Counted from the stretch's first letter, positions 27,049-39,901 are shown. The stretch: DNA of 64,000 nucleotides from Ascidiella aspersa (GCA_963924565.1 OZ004608.1:9734001-9798000); one strand, 5' to 3'. The notes: a model not told the origin generated them from the letters alone. Numbers and translations are program-made.

Positions 27049-28877
27049 ATGTACGGCTTCGAATCGAATTCTTACCAGTCCGAGGATTTCTTTCAGGTAA
27101 GAAGACCTACAGTGTGTTTAGAATTACATTATCCTTTTATCGGTATTGCAAAATAACCGCTTGTTATTATCAAGACTATTTAATATAAAGATACCATTAT
27201 AAAATAACCTACAAATTTCGAAAAAAAAGCTTAACAGTTGGTAATTTTTTTTAAGCTTGGACCATGCGGTAGTAGTTTGTAGAATGTAGATGTATGTCGG
27301 CAAAATTCTATAATTTCAGTCCATGTTTGTGAAATGTATCGAAAATTTTGTTTACCCCTCCAACAAACCAAATCAAGTTCAATGCAGTTTAATAGCGAAC
27401 AAAAAATAAATGCAACTACTTACCTTACAGCATCAACCGGCAGCAAATAGCTCGGCAATGCGCGCATCTTCGAAACGCAAACTTGACTGTGACATCGGAC
27501 CCGGCGAATCGAGTGACGTCAGCAGTCAATGCAAGAAACGCCGATCCGGAGCGGCAGGGCGCGAGCGCGTCAGACTGCGTCAGTTCAACGAGGCCCTGGA
27601 AAGTCTGCAGAGCGCGATTCCGATCAGACTGACGCAGAATCGAAAGCTGCACAAAAAACAGACGCTTCAGGTAACTATTAGAGAGAGTCAATAGAGACGC
27701 GCCTTTCGTAACACAACATAGACGAGCGATTTCATTTGAGTTGTTACACATTTTATTTTTGTTAAGTACATACAAACCATCTGCCATTTTTATTGCCTGT
27801 TTAAATTGCGATTATACAATTAATATTTTATATTTAATTTTAAACTGCGATGCCTCGTTTATTCAATATATAGTAGTTGGTACAAAACGATTTATTTTCT
27901 TGATTAACAGTCAAATCTTGGCCCTATTTGATGTGTTAGATGAGGCTAAATACCTTCCGTATATGATTTAATACGCTTTGACACAGCGGGAAAAATATAA
28001 ATGCCACAATGTTGCGCCACGTTCGACAACTAAAAGATACATTGCTTATAAGTTACTTCACAATGAAAAAGTCAGTTAATTTATGGTGTACCTTTTTGGT
28101 TTTCAGCTGGCCATTCGTTATATTAACTTTCTTAACGGATGCCTGTCGGGAGAGCGCCAGTGGTCGGAGAGAAGCCGATTCTGGTGTAAGACAGAGGACG
28201 AGCTGATGATTGACGCCATCGACGCGGCAGGGGAGAGAAATGAACCCGATCCTCTACCGAACCAACTTCTTCAAGCAAGTACGCAGTTCACGCCCTACCA
28301 AGAACCAAGTCAACACATACATATCAATAAAGCAGATGAGCAACCGGGTTTCTTCCAACAAGGAGAGCATTACAATCACCTTCCTGTCCATCAATATTAT
28401 CATCATCAGCAGCAGCAGGAGATCAATGTAAGGCCTCAACAGCAACCCTTTCCTGCCATCTACGAGCCGCTGTCCCCTTACGAAAGCGAATCATCTTCGA
28501 ATGGAAGTCAAACCATGGCTCCGGCGCATTCCTATGATCACCAGCTTTACCAGAAACATGAGCTCTCGCCACAGGAGGTTCCCCAAATGGCATTCAACTA
28601 TTATCAGGTGCCACATTTTGTCCACCAAGAGCAAATATTCCCCAATTGCGATGTCTACCCACCAGCGCCGCGCGATCACTTTCAAAAGAGCCAAGTCCAG
28701 CAAACCTACGCAATTTACAATGCGCCAAAAGAGCAATGTTACAGTCACGACGCTCACACACAATCCAGTAATGGTGCCAACGCCGGCATCATGAATCTTC
28801 TTGCATCAGCGCAAGACGCTTTGAACCCCGAGAGTCCGGAAAGTGGATTCGTGTCGTCGGTTTCCTACGAAATGTAA
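27049..28877 (+). CDS. Divergent group-A bHLH transcription factor, cluster member D (~352 aa, Gln/Pro/His-rich C-terminus)
   Basis: Exons 27049-27096 (MYGFESNSYQSEDFFQ), 27431-27670 and 28107-28877, all phase 0. Translation: AAGRERVRLRQFNEALESLQSAIPIRLTQNRKLHKKQTLQ|LAIRYINFLNGCLSGERQWSERSRFWC. AATAAA at 28957. Confidence 0.88.
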
Positions 28878-30000
28878 GCGTGCAACGCCATTTTTCTTCT
28901 GTTACTATTTGTGATATTTATAAATTGTGATGTGCCTGCGCAAATCGCTTTGTAAAAATAAAATTTATAAATGTTATCGAATCGCTGTTTTTACATAAGT
29001 GACACAACCCATAGAATACATAATCACTTATTCCAAGGTAAAACTGTTATCTTGTTAAAAGGTTTTTCAAAATATATCAGTCCTTTAAGGATTTGCAGAT
29101 AAGGTTAGACCAGAAAAAATGCATACTAGAACCTTGCCCCCAGAATGATGGGTATCAAACAGCATATTTATGTATATGTTGTGTACAGATTAAGGCCGAT
29201 CAATGAGCTAAACTGAATAATAAAGTAAAAATGATAATAATAACACATATGTTTTATATTTTAGACTAGAATATTTTTTCATTTGCCTGCGACGCACAAC
29301 TTTCCATGGCGCACCGGTTAATAGGCACTGGCATAAAGTATAGATATAGACAGAACTAGCGCAATCTAAAATGCTAAAACATACATTACTGTACTGTCAA
29401 ATATGCCGAATATGATTTTTATTACACTTGACTGTCATCAATGTGAATAATATTGTTTTTTGGTGAACCATTGAATTTTTTACAAAATCTGTATCGTACA
29501 TTACACCCTATTATTTGTAACACCCGAGTTATTTAACAAGTAACATGTGAATTTATATATTTTATTCAGCACTTGAGCTGTACGCAAACGAGGGTATTCC
29601 AACAATTAGATAAGTTTAGCTTTTCTCTAGAATGTAAATTTGTTAACAGAATACAATACTAAACTTCGGTTTTCATAGACTACTTCTATACTAAACGCCT
29701 TGATTCCTTGTATTATGGGAGCAACTCTAGGCCTCAAGCGAAAGACGTTGATTAATTACATTCCAATTAAGACATTTGCGCTTTATTAATTGAAATGGCT
29801 GTATGCTCAAATTGTAGTTTTTATACGAATTTAGAACCTGTTGTTTATCATATTCTATTATTTAAGTAGAAGTTTTTCTCGTATGCAAAACAAAATGCAA
29901 CACAAGTTTAAGGGAAATTTTGGTGATCCCGCCTTTTCTTTCTATGTTCTATTTAAATCTGTAGTCATTTATGAACAATACACATTGTTCTAGCTTCTGA

Positions 30001-30230
30001 GCCTGCATAGCTCAGTTAGTAGAGCGACGGTCCCGGCTTGGCCGGAGGTCGTGAGTTCGAACCTCACTGCAGGCTAGTTGTTTTTCTAGTCTGCCCTGCT
30101 TGCATCATAGATCAACAGATTCGGTGAGTCTGCGATGGCTTTCGGTGTACTAATTATACGTAAGCCGTAGTCGTTGGTCAAAAAGCAACCTCGAAGGGCC
30201 AAATATCAGTTATTAACACACATATGTGTG
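30001..30230 (+). mobile_element. tRNA-derived SINE (tRNA-like head 30001-30075 plus ~155-nt body)
   Basis: 7-bp acceptor stem GCCTGCA/TGCAGGC, D arm GCTC..GAGC with A box TAGCTCAGTTAG, and T arm GTGAG-TTCGAAC-CTCAC (B box). The anticodon arm is non-canonical. The body recurs at 4156-4325. Confidence 0.78.
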
Positions 30231-30382
30231 AATGTTTCATTGAAAACATATTGTTATACACAAAATATTGATGACAGCCGTGGACTATTTTTGGTTGTAT
30301 TAAACATGCGAAAACGAGGTACCAAAAACAAACAAACGAACAAACAGTGGCGAAATAAAAACACTTAAAACTTCGCTAAAAA

Positions 30383-32324
30383 TCAAAAGTCAATTGAAGA
30401 GCCGAAACCGCTTTCTGGGCTCTCGGGCCCGCTGCTGCAGGCTTTTGGCGAAGCAATAATCGCCTCTAGGTAGCTAAACATGTCATCGACTGTCGTTTGT
30501 GATAATGCCGATTTGACGTTGTCCGCTTTTAGCGGAGATCCACAATTAAAATATGTGCCTCGAGGTGGCGACGTTGCGACAAGGTCTGTAACCGAAATTG
30601 AGTTCAAATCGTCGTCACAGACGGCGGCTTTCACAATAGGAAACGGGTCAAACTCAGTGAGTTGGTCAACCTTTATTGAAGTCATCAGGTTGAATTTACT
30701 TTTGACTGAAACAGACTCAGAATTGCTGGAGTCGTCACAACATGATACTGGACTTTCAATTGGAATCAAGCTTTTGCCGAGTTCCATCCAAGGTGTCGAG
30801 TTAAGGTCGCTGCAATCGCTGCTAACATTGAGGTTGGCAGCCGAAAACGAGCCGTCGCTTTCCAACTCTGGTTTTGGCAGCGAGCGAAAGTCATAGGCGA
30901 CTTTATTGTCTCGAAGCGGGATTACTTCAGTGCTTCTACCGCCAAAGTGGTGGAAGGTCAATTTTGCAGACTGCGATTCAAGCGGTTGGTCGCATTCAGG
31001 GAAATATTCTTGCTCGCGAGGTGTGCTGGGAATGTAATGGTCTACAGGCGACTGGCCTTTGTCGAAATTTAGGTTACCAACGCAACGCTCGTTGTCAGCG
31101 TTTTCTTTGATGCACGGGCGAGCGTGAAAATATGTAGCATCGTATGAGGGCTTTGGAAAACTTTGTTGGAACTTTATAGCCTCTTCGCGGGAATAAGGAC
31201 CACCTTGACCAAATGTACTGTCGACTTGATTGACCACGTCAACGGCTCTAGGATCCATGGTGTAAGTGTATCCTGGCACATTGTGCGTTTCCAACGGCTG
31301 TACAGGATCTGGTTGGCCCATTTCGGCGATGGCGGCGTCGGCGCCGACCGCTGCGGCGTCAATTGCGTCAATAGCGACGTTGTCTTCGCTCCGACACCAG
31401 AATCTGCTGCGTTCGCTGAAGTCTCGACTCCCGTCCAAGCAACCTCGAAGGAATTCGATGTAACGGATGGCGAGCTGAAAGTTGAAGAATAAATTCTTGT
31501 TTAGGGATTTTCGGCACGTACCTTATTGCGTTAGATTGACTGACTAACAAAACGCACATTTTCCGTAAGATTAAATGACCCATGTGCGTTGTCTAATGCT
31601 TTATTGCGTTAAAAAAACAAGATCTTTAGAAACAGTATGATTACTTAGCTATAGTCATGAAGGAAATACTTTTGTAATTAAGAATTGTATGATACATATT
31701 TTTTAATTTCTATTTAATAATTAATTCTATATGTTCAATTCATTACTTAATTTTGCTCATTAAGCTATCTCTATAACATTGTGCTGATCTATGGTGAATC
31801 ATATGTTCGCTATTTACCTGGAGAGTTTTCTTTTTGTGGATTTTTCTGTTGTCGGTCAGTCGGATTGGAAGTACACCTTGCAGGGATTCTAGGGCGCCGT
31901 TAAAATCCTTGAGTCTCTGACGTTCTTTACCAGCTGCTTCCTTGCGACGGCGTTTTGGTTTAGGTGCTTCCCCGCATGGTGACTGCCTTTTCTTCGAGTT
32001 AAATTCATTCAACTGATTCTGAAAAAAATAACGTTTAAATTAGGATATTTAAGACACCCCACCAAATAGATATATGATAAACAAGTAGGTAAGTTATTCA
32101 GTGAAAGATTGGCAATCAACTTGTTTTTCAGGATTCTTTGGAAAATATCCCACTTATTTACAATTACAGTGTACATTAGTAAACAAAGTTGTAATCCATA
32201 GAAGACTTATGTTGAATACTTATAAACCTACCTCTTCGTGGTTATACGATGTATGGCTTGCATTGGCGATTTGGAGAAACTCTTCCAAGTTGTAGCTTTT
32301 AGGGGCATAATGCAGAGTCGTCAT
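30383..32324 (-). CDS. Divergent group-A bHLH transcription factor, triplicate copy A (~461 aa)
   Basis: Exons 32324-32232 (MTTLHYAP..NHEE), 32018-31818 and 31474-30383. Translation: AAGKERQRLKDFNGALESLQGVLPIRLTDNRKIHKKKTLQ|LAIRYIEFLRGCLDGSRDFSERSRFWC. Confidence 0.88.
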
Positions 32325-32399
32325 GATTCTACTGTACACTTGAAACACTTTTAGACTTGCAACAACGGTAAAGCAACAGAAGCGAATGATCAACTTTCG

Positions 32400-32730
32400 A
32401 TACCCGTGTGCATTTAAAGGCAGCACTTTCCATTTTTTTCGGCTGAGGACTTGGGTAAACACGGCAACGGCGCCAGGCCCCTGCCCAGGCCGTCACGAAC
32501 TCCGGCGCCGTCGCATGCAGCAAAGCTAGAGAGGGCAAACGCTGAAAGCCTTCCATTTCCGACTTTGGCGGCGACTTGAATCGCGTCGCCCGCTACTCGA
32601 CAAACTTCGATTGAAACACGGGAAGGCTTAGACGTGGCGTGTAGAGAGTCTGCGTCAGTCGGCCCCTACCTGGATCGCGCTTTGGGCGGTGGACAAACAG
32701 TCGCTTTCCGACTCAGCTTTCATTGTTTTA
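32400..32730 (-). promoter_or_regulatory. Conserved proximal promoter of bHLH copy A (paralogs ~36890-37240 and ~41950-42300)
   Basis: GC-rich non-coding block that is nearly identical in all three units, ending in a TTTAAA TATA-like element just upstream of the 5' UTR. Confidence 0.6.
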
Positions 32731-33309
32731 ATGGTGTGAGGCCTGGAATGAGGCAAAATATAATCGCCAAATGGCGTTTGTATTTTTGATTGATGTATTT
32801 ATTTCGATTAACAACGTTTTGTTGGTTAATTTGAAGTCTTTGTTTCAAATTGTTTCAGGATGTGATGAAAATGAACTGTTGTAAAACAACATTTTTCCCT
32901 GTTTAATATTATGCTAGATTAAACACGGGCAAAACATACAGGATAGCTCTGATCAATTGCTCCTATTATTGCATTTGATTGTGGAATTCTTTGGAATCCT
33001 GTAGAGTGTAGATGCACATATTAAAAAAAGTTTTTTATTGACACAATGTATAGCTTATTTGATAGGTGTGGCTTTGATGACCGTTTCAGTTTCACTAAAA
33101 CTCTAAAAACACTTATTTTTTTATTCCATTTTAACATTATCACACTTAAACACTGATATATTATTGAGTGTAGGGAATTTGGAAAATTACTAAACTGTTT
33201 TGTAAAAAACAAACATTGCGTAGTGAAATCATACGTTTGGTATGTTACATAAGAGTTCAGAATTCAGAACGTTAAAAAATAGCAGGGTAAAAAAATATCG
33301 GACCAATTT

Positions 33310-33610
33310 TAAACCGCATTTGTGATGCCACGCCGAGAACACGCGTGGCACACGAATCAAAATGTTGACATTATAAATTAAACGTGGCGGGAGACGTTCT
33401 TTGTTTGCACAGCAAGGTCAGCCAAGTTGAAGGCAGTGGTCAGATCCGCGACCAATTTCATTGTTTGCTTTGTGCAGAAGTCGCGCAGCGAAAGTAACTA
33501 TATACGCAATAAACCACGCGACCAAGTTAGGGGTGAACACGTTATCCACACCTTGGTCGTGGCAGACAATTTTGTATAAGCTTTCACGCACGTCAGATGA
33601 CAAGACGCGT
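33310..33610. promoter_or_regulatory. Conserved distal non-coding block, candidate enhancer (paralogs ~38255-38545 and ~42738-43030)
   Basis: High identity across the three units (ggtcagatccgcgaccaatttcattgtttgcttt; ggggtgaacacgttatccacac), while the sequence between it and the promoter has diverged. Confidence 0.55.
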
Positions 33611-34862
33611 TTTTGTGACTGCCAGTAGGAAAAACTGTAAAGCTGTTTGCTTGCTGCGGGGTAAGTTTAAGTTTTTAAGTTGCGATAGAAAGTATTCAGT
33701 GCTTGGAAGTAATGTTTCGTTTAAACCAAGCATCTCGGTTAGTTGAGGCTTAAAGTATTTTTTGACCTGCAAATTTACCAAACCAACACCGTAAAGCTGC
33801 ATGTAAACTTTCGACACGAAATCCAACCGGAATCGTTGTAATCTCTGGTAATGCTATAGCTTTACAAACTCCTAACAAAAGTACACAAAATATACAATGT
33901 AGAATACGACTTCAAAACGGTGGACCTATACTTGTACTACATTTTTGTTTAACGTCAACTAAACACAACCTTCATATAAAACGGCTGTTTTATATCTAAC
34001 AGACAAATTTGTTGAAATTAATAAGTTTGGAAATTTCAAAACTCTCAAACCTAAGTTCAATTGCACCAAACTATATTTAGTTAAATTACCAGGCTATGAC
34101 TGTAGTTACGTGTCCATCGATTCGCCATTTTTAGGAGGCTGCAAATTCATTTTTTTTTACGATGCTTTAATTTATAGATGAACAGAGAATTTCCTTAAGT
34201 TACTTTACCTCTTGTAAAAAGAAATTCTTACATGTTTTAAAATGCAAGTATTTACCAGCAGCAAAAGTTGATAATTGTGTTAACAACAAAACTTATTATT
34301 CCACCATACACGAATTTTTATCTCAATATTAAAATCATTCATAGCAGAGCATCACCTAATTAAAAGCTAATTAGGCTGTATATGCAATGAAAACTATTTA
34401 TTTGAAATAAAGTCCGAGTCATGTTAATGACGTTTGTTTGCAGTAACCCGTAAAGCATCATTCAAGTCTTTCCAATACGCAAGTTGAGTCAGTGTAATTC
34501 GAATAGTAATTGACTTGTTTTTCAAGGCATTGTCTAACTCTCCGGTCTTACGAAGTACCAAATACAAACCAACTATTTTATAACCACTGTACTGTCTGAA
34601 CTTTATGCTTCACACAGGATTTTCTATCGCTATGGTCAAAATGTAATCCTGCTTTTTTTCATTAAACGAACTTGCTATCCTTATCTTTTTTCAAATCACT
34701 TATAGAAGTTACACTTAACTTTTAATAATAATTAGGACAATCATTTAGACGTATATCAAATTTAATGTTTTTTATTGTATTAAATATAAAACAATACGGA
34801 GGCAAAAAATAACAAAAATTTCAAGCGACTATCAAACGAAAACAAAAATGACGCTGTAAAAA

Positions 34863-36814
34863 TTAAAAGCCAATTGAAGAGCCGAAACCGCTTTCTGGGC
34901 TCTCAGGTCCACTGCTGCAAGCTTTTGGCGAAGCATTGATCGCCTCTAGGTAGCTCATTATCTCGTCAACTTTTGTTTGTTGGAATGGCGAATTACCGTT
35001 AAGGGACGAGTCGTCGGCCTCTACCGGAGATCCACCATTAAAATATTTTCCACAAGGTGGCGACGTTGCGACTAGGTATGTGACTGAAATTGAGTTCAAA
35101 TCGTCATCGCATGCTGCGGCTTCCACAACGGGAAAAGGATCAAATTTGGTGAGTTGGTCAACCTGAATAGAAGTCATCAGGTTAAATTTACTTTTGACTG
35201 AAACAGACTCAGAATCGCTGGAGTCGTCACAACATGATACGGGACTTTCATTTGGAATCAAGTTTTTGCCGAGTTCCATCAAATGAATCGAGTTAAGGTC
35301 GCTGCGATCGCTGCTAACATTGAGGTTGGCAGCCGAAAACGAGTCGTCGCTTCCCAACTCTGGTTTTGGCAGCAAGCGAAAGTCATAGGCGACTTTATTG
35401 TCTCGAAGCGGGATTACATCAGTGCTTCTACCGCCAATGTGTTGAACAGTCAATTTTGCAGGCTGCGATTCAAGCGGTTGGTCGCATACAGGGATATATT
35501 CTTGCTCGCGATGTGTGCTGGGAATGTAATGGTCTACAGGCGAATGGCCTTTGTCGAAATTTAGGTTACCAACGCAACGCTCGTTGGCAGCGTTTTCTTT
35601 GATGCAGGGGCGAGCGTGAAAATATGAAGCATCGTATGAGGGAGTTGGGAAACCTTGCTGGAATTTTATAGTATCTTCGCGGGAATAAGCAGCACCTTGG
35701 CCAAGTGTACTGTCGACTTGATTGACCACGTTAACGGCTCTAGGATCCATGGTGTAAGTGTATCCTGGCACATTGTGCGTTTCCAACGGCTGTACAGGAT
35801 CTGGTTGGCCCATTTCGGCGATGGCGGCGTCGGCGCCGACCGCTGCGGCGTCAATTGCGTCAATGGCGATGCTGTCTTCGCTCCGACACCAGAATCTGCT
35901 GCGTTCGCTGAAGTCTCGACTCCCGTCCAAGCAACCTCGAAGGAATTCGATGTAACGGATGGCGAGCTGGAAGTTGAAGAATAAATGCTTGTTTAAGGAT
36001 TTTCGGCAAGTACCTTATTGCGTTAGATTGACTGACTAACAACACGCACATTTTCCGTAAGATTAAATGACCCATGTGCGTTGTCTAATGCTTTATTGCG
36101 TTAAAAAAACAAGATCTTTAGAAACAGTATGATTACTTAACTATAGTCATGAAGGAAATACTTTTGTAATTGAGAATTGTATGATACATATTTTTTAATT
36201 TATATTTAATAATTAATTCCATATGTTCAATTCATTACTTAATTTTGCTCATTAAGCTATCTCTATAACATTGTGCTGATCTATGGTGAATCATATGTTC
36301 GCTATTTACCTGGAGAGTTTTCTTTTTGTGCATTTTTCTGTTGTCGGTGAGTCGGATTGGAAGTACACCTTGCAGGGATTCGAGGGCGCCGTTAAAATCC
36401 TTGAGTCTCTGACGTTCTTTACCAGCTGCTTCCTTGCGACGGCGTTTTGGCTTAGGTGCTTCCCCGCATGGTGACTGCCTTTTCTTCGAATTAAATTCAT
36501 TCAACTGATTTTGAAAACACCCGTTTAAATTAGGATATTTTAGACACCCCACCAAATAAATATATGATAAACAAGTAGGTAAGTTATTTAGTGAAAGGTT
36601 GGCAAGCAACTCGTATTTCAGGATTATTTGGAAAATATCCCACTTATTTACATTTACAGTATATATTAGTAAACAAAGTTGTAATCTATAGAAGACTAAT
36701 GTTAAATACTTATAAACGTACCTCGTCGTGGTTATACGTTCTATGGCTTTCACTGGCGATTTTGAGAAACTCTTCCAAGTTGTAACTTTCAGGAGCATAG
36801 TGCAGAGTCGTCAT
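34863..36814 (-). CDS. Divergent group-A bHLH transcription factor, triplicate copy B (~463 aa)
   Basis: Exons 36814-36722, 36504-36310 and 35966-34863, with an intact ORF. Exon 2 uses a downstream AG because the acceptor seen in copies A and C is mutated to AA. Confidence 0.82.
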
Positions 36815-37482
36815 GATTCTATTGCACACTTGAAACACTTTTAGACTTGCAACAACAGTAAAGCAACAGATGCGAATGATCAACTTTCGACACCCGTGTG
36901 CATTTAAAGGCAGCACTTTCCATTTTTTTTCGGCTGATGACTTGGGCAAACACGGCAACGGCGCCAGGCCCCTGCCCAGGCCGCCACGGACTCCGGCGCC
37001 GTCGCATGCAGCAAAACTAGAGAGGGCAAACGCTGCAAGCCGCTCGCTGGCCTTCCATTTCCGACTTTGGCGGCGACTTGAATCGCGTCGCCCGCTACTT
37101 GGCAAACTTCGATCGAAACACGGGAAGGCTTAGACGTGGCGTGTAGAGAGCCGGCGTCAGTCGGCCCATACCTGGATCGCGCTTTGGACGGGACGCAAGC
37201 GCTGTGGACAAACAGTCGCTTTCCGACTTAGCTTTTATTGTTTTACCGCTACAATGCCTGGATAGTGGCAAAAAATAACCGACAAATGACGTTTATACGG
37301 TTGGTTGATGAATTTATTTCGAATCAAACGTTTTTTGGTTATTTTGAGTCTTTGTTTTCCTTGTTTCAGAATTTGATAAAAACGAACGTTTGTAAAACAA
37401 AATTTCCTATATTTGAAACAAATTGCTGTCCCAAACATTTTTATTAAAGTTAGACCGGTGCAGTCTATCAGGTTTCTTAGTC

Positions 37483-38078
37483 CAGTGGTTCCCAACGCAT
37501 GGGTCGCGACTCAAAGTTGGGTCGCCTTAATATTTTTTTGGGTCGCTTGTTTTTAGGCATAACATTTCTTGAACGAAAAGATTACAATAAAAAGGTTTAA
37601 AACATGAAGAGATCTCAAAACTGGAAATTTAAATAGAAGTCACGAAGCGTTTTATGTCGAGACATCGGAAAGCTTTCTAGCATGTTCGTAGTGCAATAAC
37701 ATTTAACAGTTTTCCTTTTACTTATTGTTATTATAATATTATTATTATTATTGTTATTGCTGAGTGACCTATATTTAAATTAATTATTAGGCTTGCGAAA
37801 AATGGCAAAACGATCATACAATAAAGACGGTAGTTGAAGCCGACATGCGGCTATATCCCAAAAACTCATTGACAGCAAGCGAGCACAGCTATCTCATTAG
37901 TGATTTAATAAATATATTATTTTCGAAAAAAGTTACTGCTTTTGTAGTGCAGTTTGTTTGTAACGCAATCTTGTATAGCTTTAAAAATATTACGACAATT
38001 TGCTTGGGACGCAAGATTTTACCGCACTGAATTTTTCTTATAAAATGGGTCGCCTTAAAAACGTGTTGGGAACCACTG
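37483..38078. mobile_element. hAT-type MITE present only in triplicate unit B
   Basis: TIRs cagtggttcccaac ... gttgggaaccactg with internal tgggtcgc repeats. Absent from the corresponding positions of units A and C. Confidence 0.75.
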
Positions 38079-39901
38079 TTTTAGAGCAACGGCTTTGGTG
38101 AACGCGAATAATTTTTATAAGCAATAACTCAACTAAAACTTGACAAAAACGCAATGTATAGCACCAACATGTTTTACGTGCAAAACTTTAATAAACCGAT
38201 ATTTATGAAAACTTATTAAATGAAAGCACTTCATTTGAACCCAAGTGATTTGACACTATGCCGCATGTATGATGTCACGCCGGGAAGACGCGTGACACAC
38301 GAATCAAAATGTTGACATTGTAAATTAAACGTGACGGGAGACGTTCTTTGTTTGAACAGCAAGATCAGCCAAGTTAAAGGCAGTTGGTCAGATCCGCGAC
38401 CAATTTCATTGTTTGCTTTCTGCAAAAGTCGCGCAGCTAAAGTAATACGCAATGAAGCACGCGACCAGTTTGGGGTGAACACGTTATCCACACCTTGGTC
38501 GCGGCAGACAATCTTGTATAAGCTTTTACGCACGTCAAATAACAAGAAGCGTTTTTGGGAAACCAAGTAAGAAAAACTGTAGATAGGTTTGGATGTGTAT
38601 AAGTTTGAAAGTTTTGCAGCAGTTCGATAAGTGTAATGATAATTGAGTTGCGAGATAAAGTATCCAGTGCTTGGAAAATGTCTCTTGTTTGAGCCAAGCA
38701 TCTCGGTTAGTTGAAGCTTAAAATGTTTTTATCCCGCACATTTACCTAAACAACAACGTAAAGCTATATGTAAATTTTCGAACTGAAATCTAACCAGAAT
38801 CGTTGCACAAGGACAGCAACCTTTAACGCACCTCCTCTAAAAATTATACCGACGATGCATAGTCGCTCAACCGTTTTGCTAATCATGCTTTTTCTCATAA
38901 TTCTTTAGGTTTAAACAAAATTACATAAAACCTAACAAAGTACACCAAACTGCACATTGTAGAATGCTTTAACTTTAAAAAGATAGGTCTACACTTTTGT
39001 TATATTTTCTTGACCTCAACTGAAAATTATTCATATAAAAAGACTGCTTTATGTGTAATCTAACTGACAAACTTTGGTGAAATCAAATTATTGAGTTCAA
39101 AAAATCCTTAACTCTCAAACCCTAACTCATCTGTATAAAACTTTATTTTTTAGTTACATTAGTAGCTTATGGCTGCAGTTATGTGTCCATCGGTCCTACA
39201 TTTTTATGTGGTTACGAATTCATTTGTTATTTTTACGATGTTTAATTTATAGATCAAAGGAGATTTTCCTGAAGTTTCTAACCTCCTCTAAAACAAATTT
39301 TAAGTTGATAATTATGTTAACAACAAAACTTGCTTTTCCACCATATTAGTATTATTATACCCATAATTAAAAATATTTATAGCTGAGCATCTCTAGATTA
39401 AATACTAATTAATCAATGCATGCAATGAAAACTATTTATTTGAACTAAAGTCTGAATCACGTCAATGACGTTTGGCTTGCAGTAACACGTCAAGATTGAT
39501 TCAAGTATTTCCAATACGCAAGTTGAGTCAGTATAGTTCGAATAATAATTGACTTGTTTTTCCAGGCATTGTTTTAACTCTCCGAAGAAGTAACTACAAA
39601 CCAAATATTTCATAACCATTGTACCGCCTAAACCTTATATTTTACATTGGATTTTCTATAGCTGTGGTCAAAAATGTAATCCCGTCTTTTTTTCGTTGAA
39701 CGAATTTGCTATCCTTATCTTTTTTCAAATCACTCATATAAGTTATACTTAACTTTCATCAATATTTAGGACTATCATTTAGAAATATGTCAAATGTTAA
39801 TGTTTTCAATTGTATTAAACATAGAACAGTAAGAAAGAGCGAAAAAGAACAAATACATCAACGCCACTACAAAATGAAAACAAAACTTAACGCTTTAAAA
39901 A

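Noticed and set aside
30001-30075. Functional tRNA gene
   Set aside because: The anticodon arm is mis-spaced and lacks U33, and the downstream body recurs at 4156-4325, which indicates a SINE.
30480-31492. Plus-strand ORFs recurring in each bHLH triplicate
   Set aside because: These are antisense shadows of exon 3 that recur only because the gene is duplicated.
36710-37133. ORFs over the triplicated promoters (e.g. MPSSGRRDSS.., also 41892-42192)
   Set aside because: Frames are not preserved across the three copies (indels in copy A). They are a by-product of GC-rich promoter DNA.
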